64,000 bases of DNA from positions 74,526,001-74,590,000 of the forward strand of contig NC_086097.1 in the NCBI RefSeq assembly GCF_963921235.1. Reading direction: 5' to 3'. Below, one piece after another: positions 12,185-24,352 of this stretch. This DNA comes from Mobula hypostoma. Taxonomy: Eukaryota. The notes beneath the pieces were generated by a model. The model was given only the letters and a program-made list of their open reading frames with translations, was not told the DNA's origin and made no database searches. A program made the position numbers and the translations under genes. How positions within the stretch are numbered: the stretch's first letter is position 1; every line of letters starts with the position of its first letter.

Positions 12185-13684
12185 GTACCTCTTCCCAGAG
12201 ATGCTGCCTGGCCTGCTGTGTTCACCAGCAACTTTGATGTGTGAAACTTTCTCCCCAGCTGTCTTTAAAATAGATTAGAATCACAGCCCAGATGATTCAA
12301 AAGTCTTTAAATGCTTATATGTTGAGAGACGGTCCTATCTCTCACAGTTACTGCTGTGTCTCTTATCCATACCTTTATTTGCATACAGATGGTGATTCCT
12401 TACACTCAAACGATGTTAATAGAAGGAATCAGGAAACTATAGGGCATTATTTTGACTTAATGGGTAATATATTCAAAAACAGCACTAGAGAAGAATGATT
12501 ACGTCTACTTCAAAGTGAGATTATCAGCCCCATGCACCAAGCTTCTGAACTGAAGATCATGTCTTACAAATGTCATCAGATAGTGATCAGGTTAGTAGAT
12601 GAGCACAAGTTACCAGATATTGGCAGAGATTTTTTTTAATTGCCCTGAAATCACTAGCTACCTAAATCTATGCCCACATCTGAGACTCAGAACCACTTTG
12701 ACAGCCAGTGAGTTGTCATTAGCATGACATCTCTGATGTTCACAAGCAGTAACAACATGTAGAGCAAGTTGAAAAAAAGAAACAAAAATATGATTTTTTA
12801 AATTTTAAAAATCATCTAGAAATTATGGAACCAACTTCAATGAATAACAGATGAAATGACTACTTACCTTTGTTTTAGCAGCCAATAATTCCTCTTCTTT
12901 TGAATGGTAATGCTGCACTTACATCAAGTACAACAAAGACACGTCCCTATGTTTCTGAGAATTCCTTCAGTAGACAGCAGATTTCAGTAAAAATGGCTGT
13001 AATTAATGAATTGATAAATTGTTGAATCTCCTTTTGTCCTTGTTTGATGATTGTGTCTAATTTTGATCTCCTTGTGTGATGGAACATCATCTCCTTGCAA
13101 AGGAATGATACTTAGTTTAAAAAAGCTCAGATATCTAGGAATGTTCAAGAAACCGAATCCATACATGTTACCAAAGCACAAAATCAAAGATTAATGTTTA
13201 AGGCATAACAGATTGTTGGATAGATTAGAGAAGACCATTTATAGAAATAGATTAGGTATTAGGAGGCAGTGCTTACCTAGGTAATAGGAAGTGAATGGAA
13301 CCCCGGCCCAGAGTTTAAAAGCAACTTGCTGTAATCTTGAAAGCAAGAGATGAATATTTCTAGTTGTGTAGGAAAACACCATGTGCAGTCAATTGAGACC
13401 CAGAAACATAAGTCAGGGATCCCTCACTTGCTCAGTCACCAAAAGAGCCAGAGATCTTTTTCTCCAACTTTTCTCCAAACTGATTAGCCTGTTCTTTTTT
13501 TTTAATAATAAAAACTGGCTTTACGCCTTTCCAGATTACCAGGCTCTTGGTAGGGAAGAATACAATTTGCAACTATTTGGATGAGTTCCACACCTGCAGT
13601 TTTAATTGTTTCCATATTTCCTTGTATCCAGTCTCGTATAGGTCGGAGAGTTCCAGATTCAAATGTGAAAGAAAAATGCTTTTG

Positions 13685-13782
13685 AATTCTGAAAATATAA
13701 ACAAAAATGCGGAAAATATTCAGTAGTTCAGAGAAGAGAGAAAAACAGTTAACATTTCAGGTCGATGACCTTTGGTCATGAA
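13685..13782 (-). mobile_element. Old remnant of a Penelope-type terminal repeat
   Basis: AACATTTCAGGTCGATGACCTTTGGTCA resembles the reverse complement of a decayed CTGATGA..GAAAC motif, next to an AAAATGC.GGAAA.A.TCAG tail like those at 9310-9400 and 24190-24290. Confidence 0.4.
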
Positions 13783-15659
13783 TTATTTCCAATATATGTG
13801 TTTAACATAAAAATCCTCCAGTTGTTTAGTTACTTCCCTTCAAATACAAATATTAATCCTGCAAATTATATCCAGTTCAAGATGTTCATGTGCATTGATG
13901 CCACAGCTAGTCTGACAGTGGGTTTTGATTTAAATAATATATTGCCATTATACCTCTAAAAGTAGCAAAGCATATTACATTTGAGGAAAAGTAATTACTT
14001 CTCAATGAGTATTTAAAACTACACCTTGGACAAAATAATATTTTGAATATGTACATATCAGTGATAGAATTTGGGAGGATAAATAGTTCATGCATTGGTT
14101 TAATTTCTGATTCAAATCTTACCTATTTCAAATCTGCCCCAACTATATATTTCAAATATTCTACCTCAGAGCATTCGTGAGCAAGTTGCATTGTTTTTGT
14201 GGTAGCTTTTTTTCAACTTTATTTTTCATTGTAATATCTGCTTTAAATCATTGTCATAGAGACATATGATGTGAGGTTATGGTCATCTTTGTAATAATTC
14301 TTTGATCATGACACCATCCATCTGCGTTCATAGAACAGAAGCATTTTTAAATAACATGAATTGAGCGAAATGTTTGAACCTCCATCACCTGGCTACAGGT
14401 GTGGAAGTCAGCTGACAATTTCACTCCATTGTTATTAAGAATAATTGCAGACTTCAATGAGTATAGAGCAGTTGACGTTCCTATATGATAACAGTTCGTG
14501 ATGGCATGAAGTAAGAATTTTTTGCTAAGCTGAGGTCTTGCTATCAGGTTACACAGCAAGTTTGCTCTCATCCTCAGTCTTCAATCTGTCCTGGTGTAGC
14601 TGTACCAAGTTGATACTTGGGGTATGGTAAGCATGAGCACTTTCAGACATCCCTCCTGATAGATGAAATTCACCAACAGTACTTGACATTATGCCTATAC
14701 GGCTGGAAGGGGAGGCCCTCATAGAGTCCAACCACCCTGTTTAGAGATTAGTCTAAATAACAATGAGGAGCAGGCACTGCAATCCATTCTAAATAATTCT
14801 GATATCCTGGAAGAAGGGATGGACATCTAAGAGGTCCTGCACTCAAGAATGCCAGGAAGCCATTATGAGTGAAGACGTGCCAGTGAGAGAAGGAAACCAG
14901 ATTGATCAATGATCACTGCAATGATTCAAGATCTTAGTCCAAAAACCACAAGAAGTTTAATGATTTCACAAGTGCATTCAAGGTTTCTAGAAACAATCAC
15001 AAACCTCACATACCAACACATGCACAACCACAGACAGATATAATGCACATAGATGGCTTAATTATGATAAGATATCACTCACACATCCACCGCCATTGCA
15101 GAAGAAGGTGGCACATAGCTCTGGGCCACAACACCAGAATGGAAGGGAAAAGGCAATCCAAGCTCAGGAAGTTATCCATTTGTAGGAGACAGTCAGGTAA
15201 TTAGGGGCAGGACTCCCACTATCTTGAAATTCAGATTTATGTTCCAGAGCAAATTCTAGTTTGTCTGCATTTGAAATTTGAAATTTGAAATTTTCATTAT
15301 ACACATATTTGTAACAACTTTATGCTAAGATTCAATTATGTTACAGACAATGTTAATGCTAAGATATATTGTATATTTTAACTCATATAATTTCACATTG
15401 GCCCTCAAACATCAGGATTACATCATCACAAGATAAATTAAGTGCAAATTTCGGTATGGACTGCTTAATTACTCTTGACCTTCATGTCATTGCGAGTACA
15501 ACAAATAACCATCACTATGCTATTTATTGTACGTACTTCAAACGTCAATTTTAGACAGTTTGCAACTACAAAAATGACACAGAAACAAACTCCTGAGTGA
15601 GTAGGAAAGTTGATGCTGGTTGTTCGGTTGCACTCATTGGATGCGTTCAAAGTGTTTTA

Positions 15660-16134
15660 TAACCTTCTTATAGCATCTGTGGTTGTTGGACTCTCCCAGG
15701 GCAGTGCATGGCCATGTGAGCAGGAGGCACGAGGGCTGGTGAGTCGGCGCACTCAGAGTTCAAGCCACAAGATCCTGCCATCAGCTGCTCCGAAGCTCGA
15801 TAATGGAGATCGATGGGAAGTCCGGAAGTCATAGCCCAGTGGCTGAAGCCTAGAGGCCAGAGACTCGAAGGCCTGTCCTGGAGTTTGAGGACTGTCCATG
15901 TGTGTGTGGGTGGGATGGAGGCTGGGAGAGAGAAAAGGGCTTGTTTTGTTGCTTGTTGTGTTCTGTGTTGTTCTGCTGAGCATTGTGCACATGCTGTGCT
16001 GGCACTGGGATGTGTGGTGACACTTGTGGGCTGCCCATAGCACATCCTTAGGTGTGTTGGTTGCTGACACAAATGACCCATTTCACTGTGTTTTGATGTA
16101 CATGTGATAAATAGAGCTGAATCTGAATCTGAAT
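15660..16134 (+). mobile_element. Non-LTR retroelement 3' end or non-autonomous derivative with (AATCTG)n tail
   Basis: GC-richer block ending GATGTACATGTGATAAATAGAGCTGAATCTGAATCTGAAT, similar in style to the Rex1/Babar tails elsewhere in the window. Confidence 0.55.
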
Positions 16135-16374
16135 GTCACAAAGGTAGCAAGAGACATGACTGTGGGAGAGGAATATTGGAATTAAAAGGTGTAGATTACA
16201 GGCCATCACTCTGGCAAGAAATTAGACGTGGCAGACAAAATAGAGAGATCAGCAAATGAGAACTGAGGTATCCTAAATGACCAAAATATAGTTTTGAGTT
16301 TTGATGGCATTGTCGGATAAGGGAATTGTTAACAGAAACATTGTTTAATGGGGAATGATAGAGTGATACATCTT

Positions 16375-18454
16375 ATGATGCACTCAGTTACATTATGAGT
16401 GATGTAACCAGGGTCAATGGTGTTTTGTGTCTTGCAACATCAGAGATCCTCGCCCGGGCAACCCAGCCGGAGTTGATCAGGTCCTGCCTTGTGTTTGAGT
16501 AGCATTCTGCCATTTATCATTCCTTCTGATCCACAGCCATCTCAAGGCTCGCTGTGCTGCCTCTGTGGTGGTCCAAATGGCCTTCCTCGTCTTGGCTCCT
16601 GAGATGCCCAACCAGCTGAAGGCTCAGCAGAGGGATTGACCAGCAAACCCTCTGCAGCCCTGCTCTATGAGTGTACAGCACCACCTCTTGCTGCAGCACT
16701 CCTCCACCGAGTCTTGGTACTTTTTCTTTTTCCTTTCATGGGCCTTCTCCATCCAGTCTTCCCAGGGAAAAGTCAGCCCCAAGACAGCCCCACCTGTCTA
16801 GATGACTCTGACAGCAGCACCATGTCTGGCCTAAGCATGGTCGAGGAGATGTGCTCAGGGAATCTGAGCTGTTTCCCTAGGTCGACTCTTAATTACCAGT
16901 CCTTTGCTGTTCCTAGGAGACCAGCATGCTCCTTGGATTGGGTTTGACCCTTCTCCCCTGCCTTGATAAAAACAATTGTTTGCTTTTCTGGGCAGTGATG
17001 TTTGGCCTGGGTGATGGCTGTGGACAAGGGGTCTGCCACGGTCTTTGGCACCTGGTCGTAGTGCTAACGATGATGCTGCTCCCCCAGAACTTTTAGTCAG
17101 TGTCCCCTTCGCTCGGCACGGGGAGCATGCTGGTGTTTCAGTCTTGCCCAAGCAATAGAGGCACACTGGGTGTGGCAAGACGTCATAGACCAACCAGATC
17201 AAGAACTTGATGTGGTGGGGTTCAGCTCACCAAATCTCCACCCATAAGATGTTGTACCCCGTTACCTGGTACTATCTTGTCCACGCACCTTGTTCCCACA
17301 CGCCAGCAATCTTGCTGGCACATAGCTCCTCCACAGCAGCTCACACCTCCTGGTGGACCAACTGGCGCCTCACTCTTTCTTGCACCTTATCACAGCGGAC
17401 TGCTGGGAAGCGAACCAAGCGCCCCCCGACCCCCATCCCAATGGTACTGAGCCCACCAGCTCACCATGGCACAGCCGTGCTTCGGTTCGCTCAGCTGCAT
17501 CCTGTGCCCCCCGTTAGCCCGTCCTCACCTCAGTGGAAGATGTGAGAGCTCTGGGTTGCTCGACTCTCTGTATTGCGCCACTTCTCTTGCACAGGTGACC
17601 ATGAACTCCTCACTCACACTGCTGATGGGGAGCTTCAGTCTAGTGTTCTCCCCTTAGGCTCCTAGGCAGACCCAGCCACCCACGTAGGTGCCGGCTGATT
17701 TTTCTCTCAAAGGTCTCAACTGCTGACAGTGGGACATCAAAGACTAGCAGTGGCCACAGAATCTGAGGGAGAATTCCATGCTGGTAAATCTAAGCCTTGA
17801 ATTTATCCAGCAGCCCTGATTAGTCCACAGCAGACAGCCATTGCTGCAGTTCTTCCCCGGCTGCTTTGATGGATGCTGTGACCTTGGGTGAGCTGTTAAA
17901 CGTCTTGCCAAGGCTCTTCATGGGCTTCTCAGATAGGATTGGAAATTGGGTATCTCCCAGGTTAAAGCAGAATTTGTCAGCCACCTTTCCTCTCTTAAAT
18001 ACTACAGATCTGGATTTCTTAGTACTGAAGTTCATCCTTGCCCAAGGAATGAGCTTCTCCATACTCTGGGGGATCCATCTGCATCCTGGCACTGGCAAGG
18101 TTGTTACAGTCAGGTCACCCATGAATGCTCTTATAGGTGGTTGACGGACATCAGACCTGAACAATGGGCCTCTGCACTCTACCTCTGCTGACTTGGCCAA
18201 CACGTTCATCACCAAGGAGAAGATGATCACAGACACTGTACATCCTGTTATAATCCCATTCTCAAGACAATGCCATCAGATGTGACTGTACCAGAGGTGA
18301 GTCTTGGACTGAAATTACTGTCATAGTCCAGAATGGGTTCCCTGGTCCTGACTGGGACATGGAGGTGCTCGAGGGTAAGTTCAAATAGCTTATGTGGTAT
18401 GGAACCATACAAATTTGTGAGAACCAGCCAGAACACAGGTAGATCTCCCTTGCC
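16375..18454 (-). mobile_element. HERO/NeSL-like RLE-type non-LTR retrotransposon, 3' part (RT C-half, Zn-knuckle remnant, restriction-like endonuclease, 3' UTR)
   Basis: WLVLTNLYGSIPHKL; SVIIFSLVMN; QPPIRAFMGDLTVTT; PACSPC..HYDQV; reverse translation near 16800-16850 gives TMLRPDMVLLSESSRQV, followed by PWED..KAHERKRKKY (PD-type RLE). Confidence 0.85.
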
Positions 18455-21227
18455 CTTGTTGGTACCAATGACATAGATAGAACAAAGGAAGAGGTCCTGA
18501 AGAGAGATTTCCAGGGGTTAGGAAGGAAGCTGAGAAGCAGGACCTCCAGGGTAGTAATCTCGGGATTGCTACCTGTGCCACGTGCTAGCGAGGGCAAGAG
18601 AAGTCGGATCAGGCCGATGAATGCGTGGCTGAGAGGCTGGTGTAGGGGGCAGGGCTTCAGATTCTTGGATAATTGGGATTACAAATTACAACTGGAATTA
18701 GAAAAGGCTTGTCAGAAGGGCAGTGTTATGATAATTGTGGGGGATTTTAGCATGCGAGTAGATTGGGAAAATCAAGTCAGCCCTGGATCTCAAGAGAGAG
18801 AATTTGTAGAATGTCTGCGAGATGGCTTTTTAAAATAGTTTGTTGTTGAGCCTACTAGGGGATTGGCTGTACTGGATTGGGTATTGTGTAATGAACCGGA
18901 GGTGATTGGAGAGATTGAGGTGAAGGAACCCTTAGGAGGCAGTGATCATAACATGATTGAGTTCACTGTGAAATTTGAAAAAGAGAAGCCGAAATCTGAT
19001 GTGTCGGTATTTCAGTGGAGTAAAGGAAATTACAGTGGCATGAGAGAGGAACTGGCCAAAGTTGACTGGAAAGAGACACTGGCGGGAAAGACAGCAGAGC
19101 AGCAGAGGCTGGAGTTTATGCGAGAAATGAGGAATGTGCAAGACAGGTATATTCCAAAAAAGAAGAAATTTTTGAGTGGAAAAAGGATGCAACCGTGGTT
19201 GACAAGAGAAGTCAAAGCCAAAGTTAAAGCAAAAGAGAGGGCATACAAGGAAGCAAAAATTAGTGGGAAGAGAGAGGATTGGGAAGTTTTTAAAACCTTA
19301 CAAAAGGAAACCAAGAAGGTCATTAAGAGAGAAAAGATTAACTATGAAAGGAAGCTAGCAAATAATATCGAAGAGGATACTAAAAGCTTTTTCAAGTATA
19401 TAAAGAGTAAAAGACAGGTGAGAGTAGATATAGGACCGATAGAAAATGATGCTGGAGAAATTGTAATGGGAGATGAGGAGATGGCAGAGGAACTGAACAA
19501 GTATTTTGCATCAGTCTTCACTGAGGAAGACAGCAGTATACCGGACACTCAAGGGTGGCAGGGAAGAGAAGTGTGCGCAGTCACAATTATGACAGGGAAA
19601 ATACTCAGGAAGCTGAATAGGCTAAAGGTAGATAAATCTCCTGGACCAGATGGAATGCACCCTCGTGTTCTGAAGGAAGTAGCTGTGGAGATTGCGGAGG
19701 CATTAGTGATGATCTTTCAAAAGTCGATAGATTCTGGCATGGTTCCGGAAGACTGGAAGATTGCAAATGTCACTCCGCTATTTAAGAAGGGGGCAAGGAA
19801 GCAAAAAGGAAATTATAGACCTGTTAGCTTGACATCGGTGGTTGGGAAGTTGTTGGAGTCGATTGTCAAGGATGAGGTTACAGAGTACCTGGAGGCATAT
19901 GACAAGATAGGCAGAACTCAGCATGGATTCCTTAAAGGAAAATCCTACCTGACAAACGTATTACAATTTTTTGAGGAAATTACCAGTAGGCTAGACAAGG
20001 GAGATGCAGTGGATGTTGTATATTTGGATTTTCAGAAGGCCGTTGACAAGGTGCCTTTGACAAAGATGAGGCTACTTAACAAGATAAGAGCCCATGGAAT
20101 TACGGGAAAGTTACATACGTGGATAGAGCTTTGGCTGATTGGCAGGAAACAGAGAGTGGGAATAAAGGGATCCTATTTTGGTTGGCTGCCAGTTGGTTAC
20201 CAGTGGTGTTCTGCAGGGATCAGTGTTGGGGCCGCTTCTTTTTACATTGTACATCAACGATTTAGATTATGGAATAGATGGCTTTATGGCTAAGTTTGCT
20301 GACGATACGAAGATAGGTGGAGGGGCCGGTAGTGCTGAGGAAACAGAGAGTCTGCAGAGAGACTTGGATAGATTGGAAGAATGGGCAGAGAAGTGGCAAA
20401 TGAAGTACAATGTTGGAAAGTGTAAGGTTATGCACTTTGGCAGAAAAAATAAATGGGCAGACTATTATTTAAATGGGGAAAGAATTCAAAGTTCTAAGAT
20501 ACAATGGGACTTGGGAATCCTCGTACAGGATACTCTTAAAGTTAAGCTCCAGGTTGAGTCAGTAGTGAAGAAGGCGAATGCAATGTTGGCATTCATTTCT
20601 AGAGGAATAGAGTATAGGAGCAGGGATGTGATGTTGAGGCTCTATAAGGCGCTGGTGAGACCTCACTTGGAGTACTGTGGGCAGTTTTGGTCTCCTTATT
20701 TAAGAAAAGATGTGCTGACGTTGGAGAGGGTACAGAGAAGATTCACTCAAATGATTCTGGGAATGAGAGGGTTAACATATGAGGAACATTTGTCCGCTCT
20801 TGGACTGTATTCTTTGGAGTTTAGAAGAATGAGGGGAGACCTCATAGAAACATTTCGAATGTTAAAAGGCATGGACAGAGTGGATGTGGCAAAGTTGTTT
20901 CCCATGATGGGGGAGTCTAGTACGAGAGGGCATGACTTAAGGATTGAAGGGCACCCTTTCAGAACAGAAATGCAAAGAAATTTTTTTAGTCAGAGGGTTG
21001 TGAATCCATGGAATTTGTTGCCACGGGCAGCAGTGGAGGCCAAGTCATTGGGTGTATTTAAGGCAGAGATTGATAGGTATCTGAGTAGCCAGGGCATCAA
21101 AGCTTATGGTGAGAAGGCAGGGGAGTGGGACTAAATAGGAGAAAATGGATCAGCTCATGATAAAATGGGGGAGCAGACTCGATGGGCCGAATGGCCTACT
21201 TCTACTCCTTTGTCTTATGGTCTTATG
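18455..21227 (+). mobile_element. CR1 LINE inserted into the RLE element: ORF1 esterase fragment joined to a nearly intact ORF2 (APE C-half, RT, C-terminus) with 3' tail
   Basis: ORFs 18566..18838, 18863..20293 and 20178..21134 contain GDFS, LDWVL, SDHN, KSPGPDG, NYRPVSLTS, QHGF, YLDFQKA, QGSVLGP and KFADD. The 3' end is (TCTTATGG)2. Confidence 0.95.
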
Positions 21228-22125
21228 GCCTTCCTGTGCTTCTCTGATTAGTTGAGTGAACACTCCTGTTCTGCTCTAAGCACCCTGGAGCCCATACCAT
21301 CCCAACCTTCTGCATTAAGGTGTCAATGTAGTGATACTTCAGGAGGTATACCGTTAGGCATCAGACAACGACACTGAAAAATATCTTCTCCTCAACACTG
21401 AGCAGTGAAATGACTCAAAACTGTTTGATGTCCTTGGAGTTCTCCTCCTTGGGAATCCAGACAACAAATCTCCATTAATGGGCCACTCTCCCCCCTCCTC
21501 CAAATCATCCCGAGGATCCTTCACAGTTTGTACAGAAGTTTGGGACACCACTTGTATCGCTGGTACGGTACGGTACTCCACCTGGTCCAGGTGCTGAGCT
21601 TGCCCTCGCTGTTCTTACTATTTCTTGAACCTCTTTCAAGCTGGGTTCCCTGCTGTTGAACTCAGTGGTAGGTGCTGGCAGACTTATCAGGTCCCTGCAT
21701 GCCCTCAAGTCTTGCTTCCCTGGTTGCGTCTGCATAGGTGTCACGGAGATGTTGATCTTTCTCCTCTTTTGGGCAAGATAAATGTCCACTCCGCTTTTGT
21801 CCAAGAAGCTTCTTAGTGAAACTAAATGGATCAGCTATGAAGCAGCCCTCTCCCTCCCGCATCGTCTGTGCCGTTCTGCCCTGCGAAGATTGAGGAGCTT
21901 CTTCCTCATGATGTTACGAAGCTCCTGCAGTGCTTCCTTCTCTTCTTCTGCTGCCTCCTTGAACTGCCATCTAAGTGACCTCAGCTCCTGTCTCAACCAG
22001 CTGATCTTGTTGGCCTTCTGATTCTGCGCTCGCCTGATACTCTCCTCTGCACCAAACCTCTCTGCAGTGAAACTGATGATGATTGCTGACATGAACTTGA
22101 GCATGGCAATGAACTGAAGGCGGAG
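21228..22125 (-). mobile_element. HERO/NeSL-like RLE element, 5' remaining part
   Basis: FNSREPSLKEVQEIVRTARASSAPGPGGVPY; FIADPFSFTKKLLGQKRSG; GVFTQLIREAQE joins in frame to GKGDL across the CR1. Confidence 0.85.
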
Positions 22126-24182
22126 AGAATTCAGGAGCATAATCTGGCAAAACTCCCCATTTTAAAAATTAACGTAAGGTGGTTGTGTAGTCAATGATGG
22201 ATTCAATGGCAAAGATATTTGAGGAAACTAAAGAACAATGTACAGGTTTTTCTCTGACACCATATAGGAGATTTTCCATAACAACACCACTGAGCAAGCC
22301 TTTTCAACAAATGGACATAATGGTTTATCCTTCTTTAAAGTAGACAGACCAGATTTGAGTTTGGAAGTTCTAAGAGTGAAGAACGGTGCTGTGAATCAAC
22401 AAAGGAGGTAATTAAGTACTGGTGAATATCACCAGTATCTATATGATCTCATGGGTTCAGATAATATTACCAAGAAGCAGAATATAATAAAGGGAGAGCT
22501 AACGATGGGTCACTTTGACCACTGCCAATAGGTTCAACATTCCTGCTCTGGTGAAAGCAGAGGTTAGCTGGTGCCTACAGATGAAAATGTACCTGTGTGT
22601 CTGATAAAGTTGGGATGAGACTGAAGTGCATGAGCCACACAAGTGGTTTGATGACGACATCCATCAAGTTCACACATCATGAGTGCCCAGTTGCTTGAGG
22701 CAGTGAAAGGTGCCTGCTGCCCAAGAACAAAACGGAACGATTGCCATCATGAGTTGAGGTTAGAAAAAAAGGAGGCACTCGTATCATAATTAGTGCCGTC
22801 ACTTTGGTGAAGAAGAGCATCAGATTAAAAGGTGGTGTGGTGGGCAAAGGTTCAGCATGGTCAAGCAGAGTCACAATCCTTTCACCAATATTTGCTATAT
22901 AACAAGCAGGTAATGAAAGAACTTGAGAGACTCTTATAACTCGAGTTTTAAAGAAATGTCTCAAATAGATATTCTCTTTTTGCCATGAAAGTTGTAATAT
23001 AGGTTGTTTAGCGCATATGGTCATGAGTTGTAGGAAGGCTGTGTAAGGAAGGGCAATCATTTAAAATGTTTCTGTTTAATTATAAAGTCTACCGAGAACG
23101 CTGCAGGCTTCCATAATTCTGTGCTTCTGTTCAAAAGGTTTTAGTTCAAAGTTTGTCCATTCCTGCTGCTTTTATGAAAACATTCTTGGCATTGCTAATT
23201 TATTAGCAGCAAAATGCAGGCTTGATTTGTACAATAATCCTTCCTCCCATTTGTTATAGAACCTCAAACAAGGCTCCAAATTAAGGCCGATTATATAATT
23301 GCCCTGTGTGTGGGCCAATCACATCATTAAAACTCAGTAATAACTTGCCATATAGCACCTTACTTGCAAGGTTTTAAGCTACAAAACCACAGGGGATAAG
23401 AAAGTATAGGAAACAGATGAGAGAATATTTTAAAAAGAGCCATGGCATAAAAATATCATTGAAAGCTCTCGCAGACTTTTAAATCACCATCCCCCACCCA
23501 TCCTTCCCTTAGAAAAAAATTATATACCTGCAGCTAATCTACAATTGACCAAAATAATGTTTTGGAACTGCTGTACGTGTTTACCTCATTTGTTGTAAAC
23601 CTCAGCATAGACTAACAGCACAGCACAGTTATCTGAACTGGTGGAAATAGTGGTGGGCAATAGGATTTGGCTTTTGTTTGGAAATGAGTTTATTTTCAGA
23701 ATCTGGTCAGAACTTGCAAAATAACATTCTAAACTCAAAAGTAAGGGGAAGTAGGTGAAAACAACAATGATTATTCAATTATTTGCCTTCCTGCTCTCAC
23801 AGTTCATTTGGTCAAAACTGCAATGCAACAAACAATCTGAATGCAAAAAAAGAAAAATGCATTAAAAGTTAACCCTCAACTGCTCAACTTGGAATCACTT
23901 CCTGCTCTCAAGTGCTGACTGTCAGTGCTTACGTCACCTATTTAAAACATGAATAAAAGCCAAAACATCAAAGACATTTATTTTGAGATTCAATCCTACA
24001 TAAAAAAAATAACTCTTATAATTGAGCAGGATTCTGCATCAGTTGCTCCACTTGCCATATATTTTAGCTGATAAAATTTATCTTTGCTAAATGTTCAGTT
24101 GTTAATTTTCCTACTGAAGAATTTGGTGTACACATAACCAAAGAGCTGAGGGCTACTGGATAGGACTGAGATCTTTCCCTAC

Positions 24183-24352
24183 ACAAACAGAGAAAATCTG
24201 CAGATGCTGGAAATCCAAGCAACACATCAAAATGCTGGAGGGAGGAACTCAGCAGGCCACACAGCATCTATGGAAAAAAGTACAGTCGACAAAAGTACAG
24301 GCCAAGATGTTCAACCCTGCCGAAGGGTTCCTCCAGCATTTTGTGTGTGTTG
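24183..24352. mobile_element. Miniature inverted structure made only of Penelope-like terminal sequence
   Basis: The left part matches 9310-9412 (CTGCAGATGCTGGAAAT.CAAGCAACACA..., GTACAGTCGAC). The right end GTTCCTCCAGCATTTTGTGTGTGTTG is the reverse complement of the left CAACACATCAAAATGCTGGAGG. Confidence 0.7.

Larger units (their letters stand above)
9308..12243. mobile_element. Penelope-like retroelement (RT plus GIY-YIG): 5'-truncated plus-strand copy (~10602-12243) preceded by an inverted copy of its 3' part (9308-~10603)
   Basis: ORF 10682..11314 has GVAMGTRMGPSYACLF, YIDD and DVYYKPSDSHSYL (PLE RT). GIY-YIG motif VIYCIRCSRCGLLYIGET..LGDHFAEH in ORF 9739..10209. The arms are reverse complements. 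TSD AAACTTACTCCCCA (9294-9307) / AAACTTTCTCCCCA (12244-12257). Confidence 0.93.

Noticed and set aside
14200..15250. Possible ancient transposon or coding remnant (more balanced base composition)
   Set aside because: No recognisable protein motif, TIR or TSD by eye.
18863..21134. Active reverse transcriptase gene
   Set aside because: Truncated CR1 with a stop at ~18836, a frameshift at ~20190 and a missing endonuclease N-terminus.
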